Below, piece after piece: positions 47,486-56,052 of a stretch of 64,000 nt of DNA. Origin of the DNA: a virus; the IMG/VR virus record IMGVR_UViG_3300022602_000076, positions 7,721-71,720 of that record; one strand, 5' to 3'. The notes under the pieces were generated by a model. The model ran no database searches. It saw only the letters and a list, made by a program, of their open reading frames with translations, and was not told the origin of the DNA. How positions within the stretch are numbered: position 1 is the stretch's first letter; every line of letters begins with the position of its first letter. The translations under genes were made by a program, and so were the position numbers.

Positions 47486-48199
47486 TTATTTATCTAGTCT
47501 TTTTACTTTAATTAAATTTAGAAAACTAAAAATTCGTATCCACATCCAACCTATGTCAAACTCAAACCAGCGACGACTTAGTTTGGGATTAGCAGGCTCT
47601 ATGTGATGATTGTTGTGTAGTTCTTCGCCGCCAATTATGATGCCCCATGGAACTAAATTGTGGCTGTTGTCTCTGGTTTCACCGTTGCGATATCCACACC
47701 AATGGGCTAGACCATTGATCACACCTGCGGCCCAGAATGGGATCCATAGCATCTGGACCAACCAAATTAAAAATCCACAACCGCCAAATACTGCCACATC
47801 AACGATCAACATCAACAATATACCTAGTCGACTGTGTGCAGAGTATAAGTTTTGTTCGATCCAATCGTTTGGAGTACCTAGCCCGTATTTTTCTATTGTG
47901 CTGGCATTTTTGGATTCTTTGTGATACAAAAAAGCACCGCCAAACAGCACATGCCAAATCCCGTAGTATACAGGACTGTGTGGGTCTTTAAAACGATCAG
48001 AATTTACATGATGTTTGCGGTGGATTGCTACCCATTGACGAGTAACCATGCCTGTTGTTAACCACAGCCAAAAGCGTATAAAGTGTTCTAAAATAGGGTG
48101 AAACTCAAGACTTCTATGAGCCATCCCGCGGTGTAGATAAAGTGTAACACATACTATAGTAATATGTGTCATCACTAAGGTAGCGATAATTTCATTCAT
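47486..48199 (-). CDS. Membrane fatty acid (delta-9 type) desaturase
   Basis: His boxes HRGMAH, HRKHH, GEELHNNHH; EFDIGW. Confidence 0.92.
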   Translation of the reverse strand: MNEIIATLVMTHITIVCVTLYLHRGMAHRSLEFHPILEHFIRFWLWLTTGMVTRQWVAIHRKHHVNSDRFKDPHSPVYYGIWHVLFGGAFLYHKESKNASTIEKYGLGTPNDWIEQNLYSAHSRLGILLMLIVDVAVFGGCGFLIWLVQMLWIPFWAAGVINGLAHWCGYRNGETRDNSHNLVPWGIIIGGEELHNNHHIEPANPKLSRRWFEFDIGWMWIRIFSFLNLIKVKRLDK

Positions 48200-48215
48200 T
48201 ATCACTATTTATGAG

Positions 48216-48545
48216 TCAAGCAGCTTCGGCAAGATCTAAAACTTGATCCTCGATGTATTCTTCTACAACCAGATCATTGTCGTTGGCAAAGTTCAATACA
48301 AACTCAAATGCCAGTATTTCAATGTCTTTTAATCTAGAATCGAGCACTACTGATTTTATACCATTGGAAAAAGTAGGCATGATGTAAGTGGAGTAACCTT
48401 GCATTTTATGCGTGTGTTCAGCCACAACACTCACAGGCTTGGTGCCAGGGCGATAGTGTGCCAGCATTGAGCAAAGACGATCCGACCAGTCACTCGGACG
48501 GAACACTGATCCTGATTTAGTTAAACCTTTGATTAGATATTTCAT
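48216..48545 (-). CDS. DUF3579-family protein
   Basis: IKGLTKSGSVFRPSDWSDRLC...AFEFVLNFANDNDL. Confidence 0.8.
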   Translation of the reverse strand: MKYLIKGLTKSGSVFRPSDWSDRLCSMLAHYRPGTKPVSVVAEHTHKMQGYSTYIMPTFSNGIKSVVLDSRLKDIEILAFEFVLNFANDNDLVVEEYIEDQVLDLAEAA

Positions 48546-48546
48546 A

Positions 48547-49101
48547 TTATACAAATGCAACTAGTTTGGGTATTCTTTTACCCAAATAGTCAACTACTCC
48601 TAAGTTATTGTCAGTGGCTTCGTGCATATAGGTACTGAGATCTGGACGGTCAAATTGAATTTTGGCCAATGTTTCGCCTCGATCATTTTGCATACTAATT
48701 CCGTATTTGTTACACAAGTGTCTAATAACTGAATTAGCACTCAAACACACCATACATCCACTGAGAATGTTGTGTGTTCTACACCACTGAATGCATCGTT
48801 GCATCAGTAGGTTGCCCAGGCCTTGTCCTTGATACTCGTCAAGCACACTAAAAGCCAATTCCATTTCACCTTCTAGGGCAATATGCCCAATGGCAACAAA
48901 TTCTAGATCATTGTTTTCTACACAAAAAAGAATATGTTTTGTGTGATTGAGTTCAAACCGGTCGCACAACTGATTGATTATTGTGTCAGTTGCTGGATAC
49001 CCAAATCTCAAAATTTTAGATTCAGCATCTAACTGTTTGAGATGATGCCTGTATTTCACATACTCATGCGGTAACACTCGGCGAACTGTTTGAAGTGGCA
49101 T
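48547..49101 (-). CDS. GNAT acetyltransferase
   Basis: ELAFSVLDEYQGQGLGNLLM. Confidence 0.85.
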   Translation of the reverse strand: MPLQTVRRVLPHEYVKYRHHLKQLDAESKILRFGYPATDTIINQLCDRFELNHTKHILFCVENNDLEFVAIGHIALEGEMELAFSVLDEYQGQGLGNLLMQRCIQWCRTHNILSGCMVCLSANSVIRHLCNKYGISMQNDRGETLAKIQFDRPDLSTYMHEATDNNLGVVDYLGKRIPKLVAFV

Positions 49102-49105
49102 GCAG

Positions 49106-49207
49106 TTACTTTGTTAATTCTAAATAGATAATAATAGCTGCAATTGCAAGCATCGCAAATCTAGGACCGTATTCACGATCTTCCCAGGTTTTGATCAATT
49201 CTGCCAT
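49106..49207 (-). CDS. Small membrane peptide, 33 aa (not in ORF track)
   Basis: MAELIKTWEDREYGPRFAMLAIAAIIIYL... Confidence 0.5.
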   Translation of the reverse strand: MAELIKTWEDREYGPRFAMLAIAAIIIYLELTK

Positions 49208-49209
49208 GA

Positions 49210-49314
49210 TTATTTTCCGTGATTAAATCCGTTGACCATTTGCTCTGCTCTTGCTTTACGAGCTTCAACAATTGCTTCTGCAAGGGTTTTAAAAAATTTT
49301 TTAATTGAATTCAT
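49210..49314 (-). CDS. Small amphipathic peptide, 34 aa (not in ORF track)
   Basis: MNSIKKFFKTLAEAIVEARKARA... Confidence 0.55.
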   Translation of the reverse strand: MNSIKKFFKTLAEAIVEARKARAEQMVNGFNHGK

Positions 49315-49324
49315 GATGATTCCG

Positions 49325-49420
49325 TTATGTTAATAAAATGGTCAATGTTAGCCCGGCCAATAATACACCTGTTGTATAAACAAGAAATTGAATAATTGCT
49401 TTGAAAAGTTCGTCGTCCAT
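49325..49420 (-). CDS. Small membrane peptide, 31 aa (not in ORF track)
   Basis: GGAG RBS; TGATG coupling. Confidence 0.5.
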   Translation of the reverse strand: MDDELFKAIIQFLVYTTGVLLAGLTLTILLT

Positions 49421-49575
49421 CACAACTCCCTTGCGTACAGTTGTCTATTGTACTGGTTTAACCAAAATTCTACCTCTGCAGTGTTGGTTGGCTTTTTGCT
49501 ATTGATAAATTGTTCTAGATCGCTAGAATGTTTAATTTTAAAAAACTCTGTAAGTTTTTGTGCTATTTTTGTCAT
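49420..49575 (-). CDS. DUF3563-like small protein, 51 aa (not in ORF track)
   Basis: DLEQFINSKKPTNTAEVEFWLNQY; AAGGAG RBS. Confidence 0.55.
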   Translation of the reverse strand: MTKIAQKLTEFFKIKHSSDLEQFINSKKPTNTAEVEFWLNQYNRQLYAREL

Positions 49576-49642
49576 TTTGTGACTCCTTTAAATGTTAGTG
49601 TTTACACTGATATTTATCTCTCAGTGTTTCTACTGATATACA

Positions 49643-49671
49643 ATTATATTGCAATCGAACATAACTGTCAA
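49643..49671 (-). promoter_or_regulatory. sigma70-type promoter with a degenerate PhaR-like box in the spacer
   Basis: TTGACA-N17-TATAAT; TGCAATCGAACA at 49650..49661. Confidence 0.8.
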
Positions 49672-49724
49672 ATAATAACTGTGTAATACTATTTTGAGTA
49701 AATAAAAAACAAAGGAGATAGCAA

Positions 49725-50084
49725 ATGCTACTAGATTTTTTAAAGAAATATTTGTCAATTAAACCAAAACAAATTCCAGAACAAGCATCAGAGGCACCAT
49801 ATAAAGTTGAGGCTCCTACAAGTGCACAGGCTGTAAAACCACCAGTGAGTTGCGGATGCGGTCGTAGTCCAAGTGGATTATGCGAAGGATATCATGCGTT
49901 GACTGCTGAACAATGGGCTGCCAGCGATAAAAATTCCAACAGGGTTGCTGAGACAGTGGTCAAAGAAGTTGCTCCCGCAAAGCCTGCGCCTGCTAAGAAG
50001 AAACCTGCAGCAAAAAAAGCACCAGCCAAGCCGCCAGCTGAAAAGAAACCTCGTGCTCCAAGAAAGCCCAAAGCTTCAGCTTAA
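49725..50084 (+). CDS. CDGSH-like iron-sulfur protein with Lys/Ala/Pro tail
   Basis: CGCGRSPSGLCEGYH; TAAATA and AAGGAG upstream. Confidence 0.7.
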   Translation: MLLDFLKKYLSIKPKQIPEQASEAPYKVEAPTSAQAVKPPVSCGCGRSPSGLCEGYHALTAEQWAASDKNSNRVAETVVKEVAPAKPAPAKKKPAAKKAPAKPPAEKKPRAPRKPKASA

Positions 50085-50363
50085 CATTCGTATCAGTCCA
50101 ACTGTGTCTATGCTTACCAGCAAGATATAGTTGGCCAACATACCAAAAGATCTGCGGGTCCAACTTGCCCAAGCGTACATCGCACATCCACTGATCCATA
50201 CAGGATACATAAACAACAGTGGAGGGTTAGGCACAGTGATTGCCATAGTCAAACTACACCCAACTGAAATAGCCCAGGCAAATACTTCTACTGAAAATCG
50301 AAACGGGTGTGTTCGATAGTCTTCCTGTATCCATCGAAATATCCCAAATAATATATCATTCAT
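50076..50363 (-). CDS. Small multi-pass membrane protein
   Basis: Three hydrophobic segments. Confidence 0.7.
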   Translation of the reverse strand: MNDILFGIFRWIQEDYRTHPFRFSVEVFAWAISVGCSLTMAITVPNPPLLFMYPVWISGCAMYAWASWTRRSFGMLANYILLVSIDTVGLIRMLS

Positions 50364-51387
50364 TTGTAACTCTTTGTTGGTGTAGTTGTGCACTGGCTAG
50401 ATTTTTACCTTTGGCCTCAACTTGTATATCAAACGCATTGCCAAAGCTCAAAGCCCAGTCATTGCTGGCACGATTCCACATAAAGTCTGAATGTGCTCGC
50501 AGTTTTTGTTTCTTGTAACCTAGGTCGAGTAGTTGTTGAAGGTCTGGTCTAACATTGGGATCGTGATCAACCAAAAGATCTTCACGACTAACACTATAGT
50601 GAAGACTAGGACGAACACCGCGCCAAGAGTCAATAACCCTAGCTGTCCTGGAGTCCTCCGGTGTGATGTATTCTCCTGTGTTGATCCAGTGATGGTGTAT
50701 ATCCAACACCAAAGCCACATGCTCAGCCACACCCAAAGTAATGTCAAGTCCATTTGATATCTCGTCGTTTTCGATGGTAATTAAATTTCTGGCCTCTGGA
50801 GTGAGACGACCTAATGTCTTCAGAAACTTAGCAGGCCCACCTTTGCCTGATAAATGCACATTGATTTTAAATCCGTGATCATGCCATGTGGCACCATAGC
50901 CCATCCAGCGTGCCATGTCTGCATGATACTCAAATTCCAAAATGCTACGCTCTACAATTTCATCTGCTTCACTGGCCAACACACAAAACTGTCCAGGATG
51001 AAAGCTCAGTCTTACATCTAGCCTACGAGCAGTTTCACCTATGGGAGCAAAAATTTTCTCAAGATGATCTTGCACTTCGCGTCTTTGCCACCAGGCGATC
51101 CAGTTGGGCTCTGTGTATCCCTGCAACATTTCACTGCCCAGTCTGACCATTCTTCGTTCTGGAGGCAGTGTGGCCACACGCTCAATCATTTTCACTGCCG
51201 CGGTAGCATTGTGATTCATGATGTCCCATTGGCGCTGATCAGCGTCTTCAGGATGCTCACGCAACCAGCGCATGGTAGTTGATCTTCCGTTTAGGTCACG
51301 GTCCACAGCATTGACTTTCATGCCTCCACATTCGGAAGGATCATTGAGCCACTTGCAACAAAAGCCTATGCGTTGTAATGTATTCAT
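50356..51387 (-). CDS. uvsE: UV damage endonuclease (leaderless start)
   Basis: RIGFCCK; RLSFHPGQFCVL; IENDE; LDIHHH; RAHSD; VEAKGK. Confidence 0.92.
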   Translation of the reverse strand: MNTLQRIGFCCKWLNDPSECGGMKVNAVDRDLNGRSTTMRWLREHPEDADQRQWDIMNHNATAAVKMIERVATLPPERRMVRLGSEMLQGYTEPNWIAWWQRREVQDHLEKIFAPIGETARRLDVRLSFHPGQFCVLASEADEIVERSILEFEYHADMARWMGYGATWHDHGFKINVHLSGKGGPAKFLKTLGRLTPEARNLITIENDEISNGLDITLGVAEHVALVLDIHHHWINTGEYITPEDSRTARVIDSWRGVRPSLHYSVSREDLLVDHDPNVRPDLQQLLDLGYKKQKLRAHSDFMWNRASNDWALSFGNAFDIQVEAKGKNLASAQLHQQRVTNE

Positions 51388-51393
51388 ACTGGT

Positions 51394-51422
51394 ATTATAC
51401 AGTGAAAACACTTATGTGTCAA
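51394..51422 (-). promoter_or_regulatory. sigma70-type promoter of uvsE
   Basis: TTGACA-N17-TATAAT; ATG 6 nt downstream. Confidence 0.85.
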
Positions 51423-51976
51423 CTAGTAAGTAGATCAATCACATTAGACATAGAATCTTGGGTGAGATTTTCCAGACCATCCAGTCCTTTTCGAACTTCG
51501 CCAGGGTGATCTACCAAAACCCATTGTATTCCAGGGTTATCTGTGATCACTTGTTTTACCAAATTGTTGTAGTGATGTTGGCGATGCACAATTAATTTGT
51601 CTGCAATCGGATCCTTTTCTTGCCAGTCAAATCCCAAAAGTAATACTATATCACTAGTGCTGGCAGCCAAATGCATGGCCACAAGTTCGTCCTGATGATC
51701 AACATCGTGCACAAAAGCACCTTCAAACAGTTTTACATTTTCTGGTCTGTCCAACATTGAGTATATGCTGTTTGGTATAAAAAAATTACACTGTTTTTGA
51801 AATTGCCGTTTAATTAGATTTTGGGCATGTTTCATGTCATAACAAATCACATTGTCTGTTTGACATGCTCGCCATGTACACCAGCCACCCCAAAAACTTC
51901 CAATATTTTTCAACTCAGACAGATCCTGTGTGGGATCAATTATTACTGAATCGGCTAATACCCAACTTGTTTTCAT
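51419..51976 (-). CDS. Hypothetical protein
   Basis: 185 aa; IVLLLGFD motif seen in Maf/GT-like proteins. Confidence 0.6.
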   Translation of the reverse strand: MKTSWVLADSVIIDPTQDLSELKNIGSFWGGWCTWRACQTDNVICYDMKHAQNLIKRQFQKQCNFFIPNSIYSMLDRPENVKLFEGAFVHDVDHQDELVAMHLAASTSDIVLLLGFDWQEKDPIADKLIVHRQHHYNNLVKQVITDNPGIQWVLVDHPGEVRKGLDGLENLTQDSMSNVIDLLTS

Positions 51977-53247
51977 TCTGCTGCCTTCAATACTTGCCAG
52001 TTAAATGCACCTATACATACCCAAGCAAACACACGGTCCTTGTTGGGATTGGTATTAAACACTATGTCTCCTTTGGTTCCTGACCATCCAGGTACTTGTG
52101 CACTGTGAGCAATTTTGTGTACTCCTATTTGCAGTTTCTTAACTGTGGTCAATCCAGTTTCGTCAATTTCAACATAAGGTGTACGGTTTACTCCCAGTGT
52201 CAATGTTTGAGCACGACTGGTACCCACAAAGGCCTGTTTCTCTTTGTGTTTACCAATTATAACTGCAACTTCTTCATCCCAAACACTCAATGCCATTTCT
52301 GGCGAGTCTGTGTTGATTCCTACACGACGATTGCCCACAGTGACATTGTTGATCTGAGACTTGCCCAGTACTGTCAGCTCTTTTAATCGACCCACAGATT
52401 CCAAATTTGATTCTGTGATTGTGCCACTGAGCTTGGTGCCTGAGACAAGATAGTCGCCGCCCACAGTTACTTGATCAAAATCAATGCCAGTGGTTTTAAT
52501 TTGGTCAGCAACTTGTTGTACCAAGGTATCACGCCATTTGTCCGACAAACTGTTGAGAGTGTTTTCACTGATGTTGTTGGCCAACACAGTCCAGGCTTGA
52601 TTGTCTGTGTTGATGCTACCTGTCACTGCCAGGTCCTTGATTGTGGCACCATTTACAATTTGTAGATCAGCTGCGACCAATTTGTTTTCTACCACTGTGG
52701 CTTCATCCATCACAGTGAGTTGGCACTCGCTTGCTTGGTCACTGATTCCTGTGCTGGAAAATTCAGTCAAGAATTGTTCTTTGATCTTGACCATGTTTTC
52801 ATCAACCCTGCGACGGATAACAGAGTTGATGTCCAGTGAGCTGAGTTTGGTCAGTGTTTGTAAAACCACAGATTGATTAACTAGATTTTCAACTTTGGCT
52901 ACCCATTCAGCGTCTTGTGCCAGTTGCACAATGGCTGATTCAACTGTGTTTTGTACCGCAATGTTGACAGTTTGTGTCACAAGTGTATTGTCAATGAATT
53001 GGTCAATACCCGGTATCAGACCTTGATCAAACAACTGTGTCACACTATTTTTGACTGCATCAACAATTTCTGGCATAGTAGATGAATTGTTAAATTTAGC
53101 TAGTATTCTATCTTGTGTGTAACTTAGTATTTTGTTTTCCAAAGAAGCAAGCCATTCATCAGATGACATGACTTCTTGCACATGGTCGTTGACTACAGAA
53201 GCTACCTGCTGATTAATTAACTGCGTCAGTGCCGCTGGATCAATCAT
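51973..53247 (-). CDS. Hypothetical, possibly virion-associated protein
   Basis: Helical N-half; RVGINTDSP and KGDIVFN...WVC fibre-like motifs. Confidence 0.65.
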   Translation of the reverse strand: MIDPAALTQLINQQVASVVNDHVQEVMSSDEWLASLENKILSYTQDRILAKFNNSSTMPEIVDAVKNSVTQLFDQGLIPGIDQFIDNTLVTQTVNIAVQNTVESAIVQLAQDAEWVAKVENLVNQSVVLQTLTKLSSLDINSVIRRRVDENMVKIKEQFLTEFSSTGISDQASECQLTVMDEATVVENKLVAADLQIVNGATIKDLAVTGSINTDNQAWTVLANNISENTLNSLSDKWRDTLVQQVADQIKTTGIDFDQVTVGGDYLVSGTKLSGTITESNLESVGRLKELTVLGKSQINNVTVGNRRVGINTDSPEMALSVWDEEVAVIIGKHKEKQAFVGTSRAQTLTLGVNRTPYVEIDETGLTTVKKLQIGVHKIAHSAQVPGWSGTKGDIVFNTNPNKDRVFAWVCIGAFNWQVLKAAE

Positions 53248-54181
53248 GCTTTCTCCGAAGATCCAATGTGACACAGTGGAAACCACCGCCCAGCGTACGA
53301 CTATGTCTCAACTCATGTGGTATGCAATCAATTTGATGTTTACCCAACAGTTTCATTAGCTTGGTTTGATGCCGGTCAATGATAACTGTGCTGGGATCCA
53401 CACTCAGCATGTTCATTGCAATCCACTTGCTGGCATAGGGATATTGATAAAAGTCTTGCGCCACAATCATGTCATCAGTTACCCAGATCTTTTCCCAGTC
53501 TCTAAATGCACCAGGGCAATTCTCTGGCTTGACACGACTGGCATTTAGCATTACCAGACCTTCACGCAGGGCCACAATGGTTGAATCAATATGTACACCA
53601 CTGTAAAAGTTACAGGTTTCAATGCTGGTATTAGTGGGGAGATTTTGCAACAACCAATGCCAAGCAAGTTTGTTGCCACTGGCACTTTCCAAGTACAATA
53701 ATTTGTTTGGACCAAGTCTCAGTACATTGGCTGCATCTAGGACCATGCCTTCGTTGCGCACAGGATTCCTTGGCATGGAGTAAACTTTGCTGGCACGCTC
53801 AATCACTTGTCTCAGTGCCACGATTTCAATGTCACGACAAGGATACATCATGGCAGGATCAATCACACTGTCACCAAACACTATCAATCTGTCTCTGGGA
53901 CAATAGTTGTACATGCACCCAATTTCTTGAAAGTTTATTTCTTCTGGACGATGTACAACAATTCCTAATTTGGTCAATATATCTGCCAACCCTTGCAGGT
54001 CTTCGTTGGTTTCTTCGATGATCCAGTCAGGTACCGGGCCTGACGGAACAGGAGTTTCAGTCCAGGTTGTTTTTAAACTTTCCAACGCAAATACTGGATC
54101 GTGCCCGGGCCAATTTGCGTAAGTAGCGGATCCTACTATTATTTCCTCCAGCGGATCCCATTCGTTGTGACTATTGATCAT
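53240..54181 (-). CDS. Amidinotransferase (glycine/inosamine-phosphate amidinotransferase family)
   Basis: NSHNEWDPLEEIIVG; NYCPRD; LDAAN; HIDST; GGGFHCVTLD. Confidence 0.92.
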   Translation of the reverse strand: MINSHNEWDPLEEIIVGSATYANWPGHDPVFALESLKTTWTETPVPSGPVPDWIIEETNEDLQGLADILTKLGIVVHRPEEINFQEIGCMYNYCPRDRLIVFGDSVIDPAMMYPCRDIEIVALRQVIERASKVYSMPRNPVRNEGMVLDAANVLRLGPNKLLYLESASGNKLAWHWLLQNLPTNTSIETCNFYSGVHIDSTIVALREGLVMLNASRVKPENCPGAFRDWEKIWVTDDMIVAQDFYQYPYASKWIAMNMLSVDPSTVIIDRHQTKLMKLLGKHQIDCIPHELRHSRTLGGGFHCVTLDLRRKHD

Positions 54182-54693
54182 AGATGTCCTGTAATTTGTA
54201 ATGTGTATCTTGGTGCTAATCCCAGGTTGGCTGCCATGTGCGGAGTGTCATAGGTCCACTCAATCATTGCTCCAGCTCGCCACTCTGTAAACGGAACATC
54301 CATGTATTCTGCATAGTGGCCTGGTTGCCAATCTTCTAAAAATAACACAGCTCTGCGTATTGATTGTTCCTGTCCTTGAAGATTAAAAATCTCAATATAT
54401 TTCTTGTACAAGTCAGTGTGTGTAGGAAGCACTGTGCCAGTGTCCATGCGGTAGTAACTGGTGCCTACATCTTTCCAACCTTTGTTTTCAAACACATCAA
54501 TTATGCGTTGATTCCAACTTGGTTGCACACTGCGCATGTCACACATGTGTCCTGTGAATTTGGGCGGATATCCTGCATTGGTCCAACGCTTTAGATTTTC
54601 TGGATCATTAAAATCTTCATTGATATACAACAGATGTTTGAATTCGTCGTCCCAGAATTTTGTTAGTTGGTATTTTTTTATTGATTGTGACAT
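54178..54693 (-). CDS. 2OG-Fe(II) oxygenase-like protein
   Basis: PTHTD...FLEDWQPGH...PHMAANLG..PRYTLQITG. Confidence 0.75.
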   Translation of the reverse strand: MSQSIKKYQLTKFWDDEFKHLLYINEDFNDPENLKRWTNAGYPPKFTGHMCDMRSVQPSWNQRIIDVFENKGWKDVGTSYYRMDTGTVLPTHTDLYKKYIEIFNLQGQEQSIRRAVLFLEDWQPGHYAEYMDVPFTEWRAGAMIEWTYDTPHMAANLGLAPRYTLQITGHL

Positions 54694-54732
54694 ATTTTAT
54701 TCCCAGTCACCACCTTATGTAAATAACATTTC

Positions 54733-56007
54733 ATGAGTATTCCATTAGATCAATTATACAACTATATCAGTGACATAGCAACAGAAATGTTTGGTGAGAC
54801 TATAGTAATTTATCGTTTTTACCCGCACGGTTCTAAAAAACTTGAAGATCTTCAAGAGATAAAATGGCACAACTGGATTGAATTAAACTTAGCACCTACT
54901 CTTTTTTGCAATGACCAAGAGCCTTTGAACTTTGACTATTACCAATCTCATATACTGGCACCAAAAAAACAAAATCTATTTGCTGATATTATAAAATCCA
55001 CTGGACTAAATCATTTAAAAAACAACATCAAAAGAAAGCAGAATATCTACGATCAATCAGTGTTGTTGCACAGTGAACAAAGATCCATTGATGTTGAAAA
55101 ATATCAACAAAATAAATTCATCACAGTGTATTACTGGAATCATGCATTTCTGTCCTTGGATTGGTTTAGATATGCCAACCATGTTACCATAAAGAAAAAT
55201 CCATGTAAAAAGTTTTTGATTTATAACAGAGCATGGGCTGGCACCAGAGAGTATAGATTGAAATTTGCCGATCTACTTGTTGCATCTGGCATTGACTCTC
55301 ATTGTGCTACATCAATTGCTCTGGATGGATACCGGGAGCACGAATTTGCCAATCCAGTATGGAAGCCAGCAAGAGAATTGGAAAACTATTTTCAAAACAA
55401 TACCACGCCAAGTACATTTAGCGCCGACTTCACAGCAGAAGATTATGCCGCAACCGACATCGAAGTTGTGCTAGAAACACTGTTTGATGACTCACGCTTG
55501 CACCTAACTGAAAAAGCACTTAGGCCCATTGCCATGGCACAACCGTTTATACTGGCTGCCACACACGGCAGTTTAGAATATCTGCGCAGTTATGGATTCA
55601 AAACTTTTAGCAGTGTCTGGGATGAAAGCTATGACCAAATAGTGGATCCAAAACAAAGACTTGATGCCATAGTTAGTTTAATGAAATCAATTTCAACTTG
55701 GGATCCTTTGACCCGCGATATTAAATTAGCACAAGCCAACGCTGTTGCTGAATATAATCGACAACATTTTTTCAGCCAAGAATTCGAAGACACTATCGTT
55801 GCTGAACTAAAAACAAATTTAAACAGTGCAGTTAATGAATTCAATTCAACAAAAACCACGGATAAGTGGGTCAACTGGTGGGACAATGCGTTAACACATG
55901 AATCTATCCAAAATTTCTTAACAACCAACACTGACCCAAAAATGCCCACTAAACCTGTGTTTGATGTTGTTTATGAAAAAGCAAAAAATATGTTGACTAC
56001 TCCGTAG
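54733..56007 (+). CDS. Glycosyltransferase-like protein, paralog of 14293..15375
   Basis: VVLET...HLTEKALRPI...LRSYGFKTF..WDESYD; TAAATA upstream. Confidence 0.6.
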   Translation: MSIPLDQLYNYISDIATEMFGETIVIYRFYPHGSKKLEDLQEIKWHNWIELNLAPTLFCNDQEPLNFDYYQSHILAPKKQNLFADIIKSTGLNHLKNNIKRKQNIYDQSVLLHSEQRSIDVEKYQQNKFITVYYWNHAFLSLDWFRYANHVTIKKNPCKKFLIYNRAWAGTREYRLKFADLLVASGIDSHCATSIALDGYREHEFANPVWKPARELENYFQNNTTPSTFSADFTAEDYAATDIEVVLETLFDDSRLHLTEKALRPIAMAQPFILAATHGSLEYLRSYGFKTFSSVWDESYDQIVDPKQRLDAIVSLMKSISTWDPLTRDIKLAQANAVAEYNRQHFFSQEFEDTIVAELKTNLNSAVNEFNSTKTTDKWVNWWDNALTHESIQNFLTTNTDPKMPTKPVFDVVYEKAKNMLTTP

Positions 56008-56026
56008 AAACACTATATAATAAATA
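55993..56026 (+). promoter_or_regulatory. Overlapping sigma70 and late-type promoter
   Basis: TTGACT-N17-TATAAT fused to TAAATA. Confidence 0.75.
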
Positions 56027-56052
56027 CTTATTTGACATTACAAGGAGATAAA

